DNA of 64,000 nt, from the NCBI RefSeq assembly GCF_004010195.1, contig NC_057719.1, forward strand, positions 91,510,512-91,574,511, written 5' to 3'. The notes beneath the pieces were generated by a model. The model worked only from the letters and a program-made list of their open reading frames with translations. It was not told the origin of the DNA and ran no database searches. The translations under genes and the position numbers were made by a program. The DNA is from Chiloscyllium plagiosum (Eukaryota). Positions 14,901-26,900 of the stretch are shown piece by piece (within the stretch, counting starts at the first letter, position 1; the number at the start of each line of letters is the position of its first letter).

Positions 14901-17900
14901 TGTCGAGGAATTTCCTTGGTGGATAATCATGCTCATTAGCGAGTGATTCTGATGAAGAAGAAGATTTGCTCAGGATCTCAATGTTGCATTTCTCCAACTC
15001 TGTCCTCACCAAAGAAACATGCTTTGAACTGTAGTCATGATTTCAACTGCCTCAACCCCAAGCTCTGAAATTCTCGCCTTCAATCTCTCCACCTCTCAAT
15101 CTCTCTCTGTCCCCTAAAGATGTTGCTTTAAACTTTTGATCACCTGTTCTGATTCTCCTTCTTTGACTGGGTATCAACTTTCATTGGATTCCAGTTCCAT
15201 GACGGGCCTCGAGACAGCTTAAAAATTAAAAGGTACTACAGAAATGAAAGCTGTTGCTTTATTGTGTACTCACTGTTAAACATCTTACTAGCACGGTGTT
15301 TCGTGGCTAAGTAAACAATCAACTGCACTTTTACATGCAAGTTATAAATGTAAAACCTACATCAAGTAAGAGGCACTATAATTAGAAAATCGGTTAATGT
15401 TTATAGTGTGCTATTTTAGTATCACAGTTACACCAGGGAACATCCTAAATAGGTTTGTACTAACACTTGCCAATTTGTTACAACTGTATACATACAAATA
15501 GTAATACATTTTGGGTTGCAACCAAGTATGTCAGTTTAAGTAAGACCACAGAGCTTTCTTCAGAGGATTTCAAAATGCTACACGCTCCACAATAACACCA
15601 GTTAATTTCTTTTGTCTAGCGTGTAGACTTATCCTTAGTGTCTTATTATGAGGTATATCTCAATTTCAGCAAGAGAGGAATGTTGACCTCAACACTGGGG
15701 TAAGACCCTCCTCTTGAAACACTATGGAATCATTTATAAAAATGTGACAAAGCAGACGGGCAAACAAAATTCTAACTCTGCCCCCAGACTCAACGCTGAC
15801 TGTTAATCTAAAAACTATAAACTCTATTCTTGTCCCTTGAATCCAATTATACCTTTATCAAAGTTATTCTTTTCATAGGAAATCAGATTCATGGCACTTA
15901 GAAGAACTGCAGTGCTTCAAATTACAAATGCTAATGGCCGCTACTGCAGTCAAAACTGACCTGGAAAATGTCAATATTGCTAACCTTCAACTCTTATCTT
16001 AAGCACCCAACTGAGAGAAAACTGTGGAAAGTAACACAGAGAAATGGGATTAGAACTTTTCCCAGACTATGCATTTAACTTACTCTTTCCTGCAAGTCAG
16101 AGGAACTCATTCATAGAATCATGCAGTACAAGAGGTGGCCATTTGGTTCACCATGCAGGTATCAGCTGCTATGTTGCTGCAGTCCTACATTATTTTGTAC
16201 TGGTACAGTGGCTATATGTAGAGATATTTATTTATTTGATTATAACTCATTGGTTTTGTGAAAACAAAAATGTAAATTACGTTGACTTGCTGTCTGCGGT
16301 AAAGTGCTCACCTGTTGTAGAGGTAAGTAGTATCTGCACAATGTGCGCCATGGTAACCAGATGGAAGAGGTAGAGGTTGTTAAATGCACAGCTGATGTCC
16401 GAGGGTTGTAGCTCCACAGTCTCCTCCCAGTACAATGAAGGAAATGCTAGAACGAGGCTGACCTGAAATCATAACCAGGTGTAGCAAAGTCAAAGACTAA
16501 GTTGCAAATTAACCTGTGAAATAGAAACTCATCACTGATCATACAAACCAAGCAGATATTTAGTGTCATGGATGAAAGGGAAGTAAAAGAAATCTAAAAA
16601 TGGGATTCAGCCACTTTTAACTTCAAGGGAATCTGCTGGTCTCTGTGGCCAGGTTTTTGGGAAAGGAAGTACTGTGTGCAGTTCTGGTCACCTCACTTTA
16701 GGAAAGATGTGGAAGCTTTGGAGAGGGTGCAGAGAAGATTTACCAGGATGTTGCCTGGAATGGAGAATAGGTCGTACGAGGATAGGTTGAGAGTGCTAGG
16801 CCTTTTATCGTTGGAACGGCGAAGGATGAGGGGTGACTTGATAGAAGTTTATAAGATGATCAGAGGAATAGATAGAGTAGACAATCAGAAACATTTTCCT
16901 CGGGTACAACAGAGTGGTACAAGGGGACATACATTTAAGGTGAAGGGTGGAAGGTATAAGGGAGATGTCAGGGGTGGGTTCTTTACCCAGAGAGTGGTGG
17001 GGGCATGGAATGCACTGCCCGTGGGAGTGGTAGAGTCGGAATCATTGGCGACCTTTAAGCGGCATTTGGATAGGTACATGGATGGGTACTTAATCTAGGT
17101 TAGAAGTTCGGCACAACATCGTGGGCCGAATGGCCTGTTCTGTGCTGTATTGTTCTATGTTCTATGAAGGGAATTGTTGGCTCACAGATACTGTTCATCA
17201 TACCCATTCGCATATTCAGTGCAAATTACTCGACCATCTTTGTTGGGTTTGTTACTATTATTATTATTAATACTGCCTCTATTACTGAGTGATTGAGGTC
17301 AAAGATTGTCTCGCTGAAAAGGGCAACTCTACAGACTGGGGAAAATTAATTCAGTAGTTACTTAGAGTCATAGAGATGCACAGCATGGAAACAGACCCTT
17401 CGGTCCAACTCGTCCATGCCGACCAGATATCCCAACCCAATCTAGTCCCACCTGCCAGCACCCAGCCCATATCCCCTCAAACCCTTCCTATTCATATATC
17501 CATCCAGATGCCTTTTAAATGTTTTAACTGTACCAGCTTCCACCACTTCCTCTGGCAGCTCATTTCATAGACGCACCACCCACTGAGTGAAAAGTTGCCC
17601 CTTAGGTCTCTTTTATATCTTTCCCCTCTCATCCTAAACCTATGGCCTCTAGTTCTGAATTCCCCGACCCCAAGGAAAAGACTTTGCCTATTTATCCTGT
17701 CCATGCTTTATGATGCTTCAATTATCCACACAGTTTTCCTCTTCAGTACAAGAGATGAAAAGATTCAGGTCTTTCTCATAAATCATTGCTGATATAAATT
17801 ACTGCCCAGCTGTGGAGATACTTTTTACAGCAAAGACAGCAAACTGTCTTCAACTCTAAACCAAAATCATTCTAACATTGAGCTTCAGTATGCAGATAGT

Positions 17901-20900
17901 TAAAAATCACAGAACACCAGGTTATAGTCCAACAGGTTTTCTTGGAAGCACTAGCTTTCGGAGGGCTGCTCCTTCGTCAGGTAGTTGTGGAGTATAAGAT
18001 TGTAAGTCACAGAATTTATAGCAAAAGTTTACAGTGTGATGTAACTGAAATTATATATTGAAAAAGGCCCAGATTGTTTGTTAAGTCTCTCATCTTTTAG
18101 AATGATCATATTGGTTTCAGTTCTTTCATATGTAAATCGCAAAACCTTTTTTAAAAGTTACATTCGCAAGTGAACTTTAACAATTGGTGTCATGTCGGCC
18201 CAGATAATGTATTTAAAGTGTGAGGTGCCCTATGTGAGACTGTCTGTGCCACAACGGTCAGACTGATTCTAATCTAAAAAATTGATTTACAGACTCTTAC
18301 ATGTATTCATACAGTTTTTGAGTAAAGTAAAATGTCATTCTGCAAGTGCAAATTCACCCCACAAACTTATATTTTTAAGTGTGCATGTGTGTTGGGGGGG
18401 ATTGGGGGGGCTGGTCATGAGTGTCTGTAAGAGAGTGAGAGAGCATGTGAGTGTATGTGCGAGCATATGAGAGGGGGTCTGCGGGAATGTATGGGTCTAT
18501 GAGAGAGAGAGAGATGAGTGAGTGAGTGAGTGAGTGAGTGAGTGAGTGAGTGAGTGAGTGAGTGAGTGAGTGAGTGAGTGAGTGAGTGAGTGAGTGAGTG
18601 AGTGAGTGAGTGAGTGAGTGAGTGAGTGAGTGAGTGAGTGAGTGAGTGAGTGAGTGAGTGAGTGAGTGAGTGAGTGAGTGAGTGAGTGAGTGAGTGAGTG
18701 AGTGAGTGAGTGAGTGAGTGAGTGAGTGAGTGAGTGAGTGAGTGAGTGAGTGAGTGAGTGAGTGAGTGAGTGAGTGAGTGAGTGAGTGAGTGAGTGAGTG
18801 AGTGAGTGAGTGAGTGAGTGAGTGAGTGAGTGAGTGAGTGAGTGAGTGAGTGAGTGAGTGAGAGAGAGAGAGAGAGAGAGACTGTAGTGTGACATGAACC
18901 CTTGGCCCCCGTCATGGCTACCAAACTTGGCTATCAGCCTCTGCTCGGTCACATTTTGTTGTTGCCTGTCCTGAAGTCCGCCTTGGAGGACGGTCACCCG
19001 AAGGTCCAAGGTCTGGACCGCTGAAGTGCTCTCCGACTGGGAGGAAATACTCCTGTTTGTTGATTATTGTGCAGTGTCCACTCATCTGTTGCCATAGCCT
19101 GTTTGGTCTCACCAATGTACCATGCCTCAGGGCATCCTTGCCTGCGGTGTCTGAGGTAGACAAAGTTGGCTGAGTTGCATGAGTACAATGTGGGAGGTGT
19201 CCTCCACGCATAATGGTGGTATCCGTGAAGACACTCTGACACAGCTTGCAGCGTCCACCGTGACAAGGTTGTATGATGTCCTGAAAGCTGGCCAGTTTGC
19301 TATAAACAATGACCTGTTTGAGGTTTGGTGGTTGTTTAAAGGTGAGCAGTGGAGGTGTGGGGAAGGTCATGGTGAGGTGCTCATCCTCATTGATAATGCG
19401 TTGCAGGCTGCAAAGATCATAGCTTAGTTGTTTGGCTCCTGGGAAGTACTGGACAATAAAAGGTTACCCTGTCAGTTGCAGCTCGTGTCTGTCTCCTGAG
19501 GAGATCATTACAGTTTCTCGCTGTGGCACATTGGAACTGGCGGTTGATGAGTTGAGCATCGTACCCCATTCTTATGAGGGCATCCTTGAGTACTTCCAGG
19601 TGCCCATCACATTCCTCCTAATCTGAGCAGATCCTGCGTATGGCTGTTTTTGTGTGTTTCGGGTGTAAGCTGGAGAAGTGTAGCATCATGAGTTTATCCG
19701 TGGGTGTGCGGTAGAGTGAGGTGCTGAGGTGCCCATCCTTGATAGAGATGCATGTGTCCAAGAATGAAATAGGTAGTAGTCCATGGGGAGTTTGATGGTG
19801 GGATGAAACTTTTGATATCACTGTGTAGTTGCTTCAGTGACTCTTTGCCATGGGTACAGACGAAGAAAATGTTGTCAATGTCGTGTTGGTTGGAGGTCCT
19901 GCATAGTGAAGAAGTCTTGTTTGAACCTGTGTATGTTGCCGTGCAAAGTTGGTCCCCATGGCTGTTCCGCGTGTCTGGATGAAGGACTGATTGTCAAAGC
20001 TGAAGATGTTGTGATCGAGGATAAAGCGGATGAGTTGTGGGTGCTTGGAGATTGGCAGCTGTTGGTGTTGAATACTGAAGCTGTTGCTGCAATGCCGTCG
20101 TTGTTGGGGACGTTGGTGTAGAATGCTGAAACATCTGGTGCTCTGTGATTTTTAAGTGTGCATACCCCAGTCTAACACTGGCATCTCCAAATCATCAGTA
20201 TTCAGATAATCCTTGTGCATGCACTCACTCAGAAACGGAGATCCTGGTCACACTCAACTCTGAAGAATGAGAAAATGGGCCTTTAAAGTAATGCCCAGGA
20301 AACTAAAGTCTTTTTCCAAGTAGCACACATGGTGCAACTTGCTCTCCCTGCCTCTGTCTCCAACACCTGTTTGCATCAAGTGACATATCACTTGAAAATG
20401 TCAACCATTTTCCATATCTCTGGATGTCACTTGTCCATGAAGGCAGAAAGACATGACTAAATCATCACCACCTGCAATATGCGCAACTGACTGAGAAAAC
20501 GGTTTGAGGGCTCGGATCTCAAACCAGAGATTAAGGTTCTGGTTTACTGGACAACAGTTATCCCTGTGCATTTGTGCACTTCACAAACGTGGACAACCTA
20601 CAACTATGCGGGGAGGCATTAGCAGTGATAATGCCAATGGACTGGTAACGTAGAGACTGAGGTGGCACTGGTTCAAAACACACCTCACAGTCGTTGGTGG
20701 AATTCAAATTTAGTTTAAAATCTAGAATTAGAAGCTGATCATGAAACTATCATTGGTTGCCTATTTTGCACAAATGCCTTTTAGGGAAGGCTATCTTACA
20801 TATAAACACACACAAATATGTCTGACTCTTACTGGACTCTGAAATGGCCAAGTAAGCCCCTCAATTCTCAAGGACAAGTAGGTATCAGCAGCAAATACTG

Positions 20901-23900
20901 GAGGCCAGGAAAGAATTTAATAAATGGCATTACCATTCTCAGTGCTTTGAAGTGTGCCTTCATGATATTCTCCAAATGAAGTGACAAGAAAGGCAGTCCA
21001 ACAACAGTGTTCTCTCCAAAGCCAAACTGCCTGGCATCAAGTGTTCTGCTGTGTGGGACGCCATTTGTATGCCTGACTTCAGCCTCCTGAAGCAACTGGT
21101 CACAGCAAGAGACCAGAACAATGGAAATGTTTTAAGGGGAGCCCTCAAGACTTCCTCAAATTATCAAATATCCTCGCTGAGTTATTGGAGTCTCTGGCTT
21201 GTAACAAATCAAAATGGAGAAGGTTTATTTATGAACGTAAGAAATAAGAGAAAGAATAGAACATGCAGTCAGTGAGGTCTGGCCCGCCACTCAATACGAT
21301 CATTGGTGAACTCAGTTCCACTTTTCTGATTGCTTCCCTTATCCTTCTAGGTTACCTCGTTTTTCCCTTATCCTTCTTGTCCATGCAGTCCTGAAAATAT
21401 GTCCATCGCAGTCTTAAATATTCTAAACAGTGCAGCATGCACAACCCTCTGACATAGATAATTTCAAAAGATTAAAAACCCTCTGAATGAATGTATTTTT
21501 ATCTCAGTCCTCAATGATGACCCCTTATGGTCAAGCTGTGCCTGTGTTTTAGATTCCCTGATTAGCGGAAATAACTTCATGTTTAACATATGAAACATAC
21601 AAGGCTCTAAGGGGCTTTGAATGTGAATATCGACATAATTTACTCAGCCTCTCATCACAGATAACCCTCTCATCCCATGGATAATCTAGTGAACCTTCAC
21701 TGCCTCCAAAAGGAAATGGAAATATCCTTTATATTTCCAAATATATCCTTCCATAAATATGGAGACTGGAAATCAAACATTACACTGTATTCCAAATGCA
21801 CACTCAAAGTCCTATACAATTGTTGCAGGAGTTATTTCTTCACTCCAATCCCCTTGCAACACAGGCCAACATGCCATTTGCTTTCCTAACCGTTTTCTGC
21901 ACCTGCACACTAACTTGCGGTGTTTCTTGTTTGAGTACGGTCACAAAATTGGTGTGTAAAACTGGTGGGATGGCGGTGGGGGAACATGGCGATGACCCTT
22001 TAAAAAAACTGTCATTATTTTCGGTGTTTAGAGATTTAACAATGAATGTCTGTGGGTAAGCAGCAGCAGGTGCTTGAATTTACATTTTGTATTGAGCAGG
22101 CCCAAGGAGCATTTTTATCCAGCCAACATTTTAAACTCGGCCAATTAATTTATAAAGACACTTGGAGACTAAGGACCAATTGAATATAAAGCTGAGTGCT
22201 TTGACACCCGGAAGCCAATCAAATTATATGAATTTAAAATGTCATCATGGGCATAAAAGATGCAGGGATTTTGCAAAATGCCATCTAAAGAAATAAACAT
22301 CTTGCTCTCAAAAGCAACTTCTGAGAGGGCACAATCTATTTAAAAGGTACCAAGACATTTGATAGCTAAAATACACTCAATAAAAAGTGAGACGATGACC
22401 TAGGAGAAGACAGCAGATTTGGAAAGAAGAGGAAGGAAGGCTGAAGGAAGAAGGGAAGACCATTTGTGTGAGAGATTAAGTTCCAAATTAGCATTATTAT
22501 TAATTGTTATTGGAAAAGCAAAATTAATACAATTGTGGTTCGCTAGTTAAGGGAAAGAGTATTCAGTTTGTTAATAGTTTTGTTAGTGTTCACTGTTAGG
22601 GTTAAATAAATAAATTGCTACTTTTTATTTATACAGTGAAAATCAGGGATCTTCTTTCAGTCATACACTTTTAGCAGGTTATGAGGCAAATTTCTCTTGG
22701 CGTTTTGGTTTAATTAGTAAAGGAGTGCAACCTCCACATCATAACAGGACTGAAGTCTATCAGAAAATCAACATTTTCAAGTTTTACACTTCCATCTACC
22801 AGTTTGTTGCTCACTCACTTAACCGTATCACTTTACAACCTCTCAGTTAAGAATTTCACTTAGCTTTGTATCTTCCACAAATTTATGATATATCTTTTTA
22901 CCAAATAAATTAATTCATTAATATAAATTGTAAATAGCTGATGTCCCACCACTGATCCTTCCACTGCTTTATGCACTGTTTATACCTATTCTCTGCGCAA
23001 TCCTATCCATTAGCCAATCTTTATCAATGCCATCACCCTAAACCCCACGAATCCTAATCTTGTACACAGCAACGACTGGTTTCTCTTCATTGACTCTACA
23101 TGTTACATGGAAAAACAGAAAATTGGAGCAATTGACCATGTGGTCCTTTGAGCCTGCTCCGCCATTCAATATGGTGCTCTGTTCTCACTTTCTCCTCAAA
23201 CTTTGATCGCTTTAGCCCTAAGAACTTCATTGTTGTGGTTCTGTTCGCCGAGCTGGAAGTTTTTGTTGCAAACGTTTCGTCCCCTGGCTAGGCGACATCA
23301 TCAGTGCTTGGGAGCCTCCTGCGAAGCGCTTCTTTGATGTTTCCTCCGGTGTTTATAGTGGTCTGTCCCTGCCGCTTCCGGTTGTCAGTTTCAGCTGTCC
23401 GCTGTAGTGGTTGGTATATTGGGTCCAGGTCGATGTGTTTGTTGATGGAGTTTGTGGATGAATGCCATGCCTCTCAGAACTTCATCTAAATCCTTCTTAA
23501 AGATATTCAATGTGTTGGCCTCAACCGCTTTCTGTGGCAGCGAATTTACGAGCTCACTACTTTCTAGGTGAAGAAATGTCTCACCTCAGTCCTAAATGGC
23601 CTACCCCAAGTGTTTAGACCATCAGGAACATCCTTGCATATACCCTGTCCAGTCCTGTTCGAATTTGATACCTCTTATTCTTCCAAAGACCGGTGAATAC
23701 ACCCCTAACTGATCCAGTCTCTCTTTGGTTGTCTATCCTGCCATCCCAGGAATCAGTCTTGCTCATTGCACTCCCTGTATAGCTCAAATATCCTTCCTCA
23801 GATCAGCAGGTCAAAATTGTACACAATACTCCAGCTGTGGTCTCACCAAAGCCATGCACAATTACAGCAGGACATCTTTGTTCCCGTGTCTGCACTCTCT

Positions 23901-26900
23901 TACTATGAAGGCCAACATACCATTTGCCTTTTTCATCGCCTGCTGCACCTGCATGCTTACCTTCAGCAATGGTGCATGACGATTCCTTGGTGTGGTTGCA
24001 CCTCCCCCCTTTCCCAATCTATCACCATTCAGAAAATCAACAGTCTTCCTGTCTTTGCTTCTAAAATAGACAATCTGGCATTTATCCACATGCCATGCTT
24101 TTGCCCACCTCACAATGAAGCATCTCTGCATCCACCTCACAATTCACCTTCCCGCCCAGTTTTGTGTCGTCTGCAAATTTGCAGGCATTACATTTAATTC
24201 CCTCATCTAAATGGTTTACGTATATTGTGAATAGCTGGGGTCTAAGCACTAATCCCCACGATATCCCACGAGTCACTTGCTGCCTCTCAGAAAAGGATTA
24301 ATTTATTCTTACTCTATTTCCAGTCTGGCAACAGTATATTACAGTATCTGTTACAGTACACTATTCCTAATCCCATGAACTTCATGTTTACATGCTAATC
24401 TTTTATATAGGACCTTATTGACAGCCTTCTCAAAGTCCAAGTACTGGCTCCCATTATCACTCTACTAGTTACATCCTCAAAATTCCAGAAGACTTATACA
24501 GCATCTTCAAGAAACTCCAATAAATTTGTCAAGAAGCATTTGCTTTTAGTAAAACCATGCTTTTCTAAGTAAATTGTTAAGCATTCCTTTGTAAATGATT
24601 CTTGCAGTTTCCCAACTACAGATTCAGGCTAACTGCTCCATTCTCGCCAATTTTCTCTCGCTCCTTTTTATTAAGCAATGATAAGTGAAGGGGCAGGTAT
24701 TGTTGAGGAAATGGGGTGGCTGCAGAAGGACTTGGACAGACTCGGAGAGCAGGCAAAGAAGTGGAAGATGGAATACAATGTGGGAAAGTGCAAAGTTATG
24801 CAGGTTGGGAGGAAGAATAGAGGCGTACACTATTTTCTAAATGGGGAAAGGCTTTGGAAATCTGATGCACAAAGGGACTTAGGATTCCAGCTCAGGATTC
24901 TCTTAAGGTTAACATGTAAGTTCAGTTAGCATTAGGAAGGCAAATGCAATGTTAACATTCATTTTAAGAGGGCTAGAATAAAAAAAACAGGTGAGCAATT
25001 TTGGGCCCCGTATCTAAGGAAAGATGTGCTGGTGTTAGAGGGGTCCAGAGGAGCTTTTCTAGAATGATGCTGGGGATGAAGGGCTTACCATTTGAGGAGT
25101 GGAATCTCATTGAAACTTACAGAATACGGAGAGGCCTGGATGGAGTGGACGTGAAGAAGGTCTTTCCACTATGCTTAACAATTTACTTAGAAAAGTACGG
25201 TTTACTAAAAGCAGACACGAGCACCACAAGGCGCTGCGTCAGAGTGAAGGGATGAACTTTTAGGACTAAGATGAGGAGGAATGAGCCAGAGGATGGTGAA
25301 TCTGTGGAACTCTCTGTCACAGAAGGATGCGCAAGCCAAGTCACTGAGTGGTTTTAGACTGAGATAGATATGTCATTGATTAGTAAGGGCAACAAAAATT
25401 ACAGGAAGGAGAATGTGGTTGAGGAAACGATGACCCATGATGGAATGGCAGAGTAAATTCAAGTAGCCAAATGGTCCAATTATGTTCCTCAATCTTATGG
25501 TCTAATGAAAAGCAGTGTTTAATTTGCAAATTTCCAAACTAATGAGAGCATTCCCAAATTTAAGCAATTTTAGAAACTCAGTCAGCACGTTTGCTATTTC
25601 TCAGCTCTCCTTTTTGGAAACTGAAGCCGCCAGTTTCTGGAAATTTGTTGGATTTTAGTCCGTTAGGCTTCTCCAATATTTTTTCTCTGCTGATATTAAA
25701 TATTCCTATTTTCGGCCTGAAGGCCTCATCTGTTTCTGGCATGTATCTTGTGTTTTCTTCTGTGAAGAAAGACACAAAATATTTGTTGAATACCTCCATC
25801 ATTTTCCTACTCCCTACGAAATTTCTCCTGTTTCTGCTTCTAAGAGACTATTATTTATTTTAGCAATTTTTTTTCAAAACGTAGAAGTTTTTATGTTATT
25901 AGTGTGTGTACTTGTTCTTTCCTCTTATCTAAATCAACTTTTTGTATGATCATTTTGGTTGATAACATACTCAATCTTCTGACCTGCTTTTTTTATTCAT
26001 TCACGAGATTTTGGTATCACTGGCTACACCAGCATTTATTATACATCCCTAATTACCCAGAGGGCAGTTAGGAGTCAGTCACATTGCTGTGGATTTGGAG
26101 TTGCATGTAGGCCAGACCAGATTATATGGCAGGTGACACAAGTGAAGCAGGTGGCTTTTTTCTGACAATCGGCAATGGTTTCACAGACATCATTAGACTT
26201 GTAATTCCAAATTCTTTACTGAATTAAAGCTCCACCATCTGCTGTGGCAAGGTTTGAACTCAGGTCTCCAAGACATTGGCTGAGTTTCTGGATGAATAGT
26301 CTAGCAATAATATTACTAGGCCATTGCTTCCTCTCACTATTCTTGCAACAGTAGAAGGCTCTTCTTTTAACTTAATACTACCTTTAATTTCTTTGAGTCA
26401 CAAATGAATCTTCCTTGCTGAGCATTTTTTTTAATGCAATGAATTTTTGTTGAACATTTTAAAACATTTCTTGAAATATTTTCCACTCTTTATTTACCAC
26501 ATCCCTTTTAATCTATGTACTTAATCCAGTTTAGTCAATTCTCCCTGCACACGGACATAATTGGTTTGTGATTGGTGTATGGAGTACATCATTTTCAAAC
26601 GTAATGAGGATTTAATTTGTACTATGATCACTATTTACCAAGGGAATCTTTTACTTTCACATTATTAATTAATCTTGCCTCATTACATAATGCCTAATCT
26701 AAACAGGTCATTTCCTAGTTGATTTCCCAATGTATTGCTTCAAGAAATGAAAACATTGCACCATTTTATCACTGGACCACTCTAAGGCTTAATTAAGAAT
26801 GCACTGAACACATTGAGAAATTGTCAGGAGCACACAGGTGTCGCAGAAGGCACACAAACCTCAAAGCTCCTCATCTGCCTGACCCATCAATGACTAATTG

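Larger units (their letters stand above)
17899..20194 (-). mobile_element. Penelope-like retroelement (family A), 5'-truncated, RT + GIY-YIG remnants
   Basis: [25 protein letters not shown] (RT thumb), [12 protein letters not shown] and EQRLIAKFG (GIY-YIG); inverted terminal copy at 20136-20194; TSD TCAGTATGCAGATA (17885-17898) and TCAGTATTCAGATA (20195-20208). Confidence 0.88.
23113..24480 (-). mobile_element. CR1-clade LINE 3' part
   Basis: [28 protein letters not shown] (RT catalytic FADD) and [10 protein letters not shown] peptides. Confidence 0.8.
21235..26750 (-). mobile_element. Old CR1 LINE carrying nested insertions (LTR, CR1s, PLE module, SINE)
   Basis: CR1 tail at about 21235, collinear minus-strand CR1 pieces at 21235-21935, 22747-23100, 24480-24677 and 25510-26750. 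Confidence 0.6.

Noticed and set aside
18415..19009. ORFs with long (LTHS)n repeats
   Set aside because: Translation of the (TGAG)n microsatellite; the non-repeat part is Penelope GIY-YIG remnant
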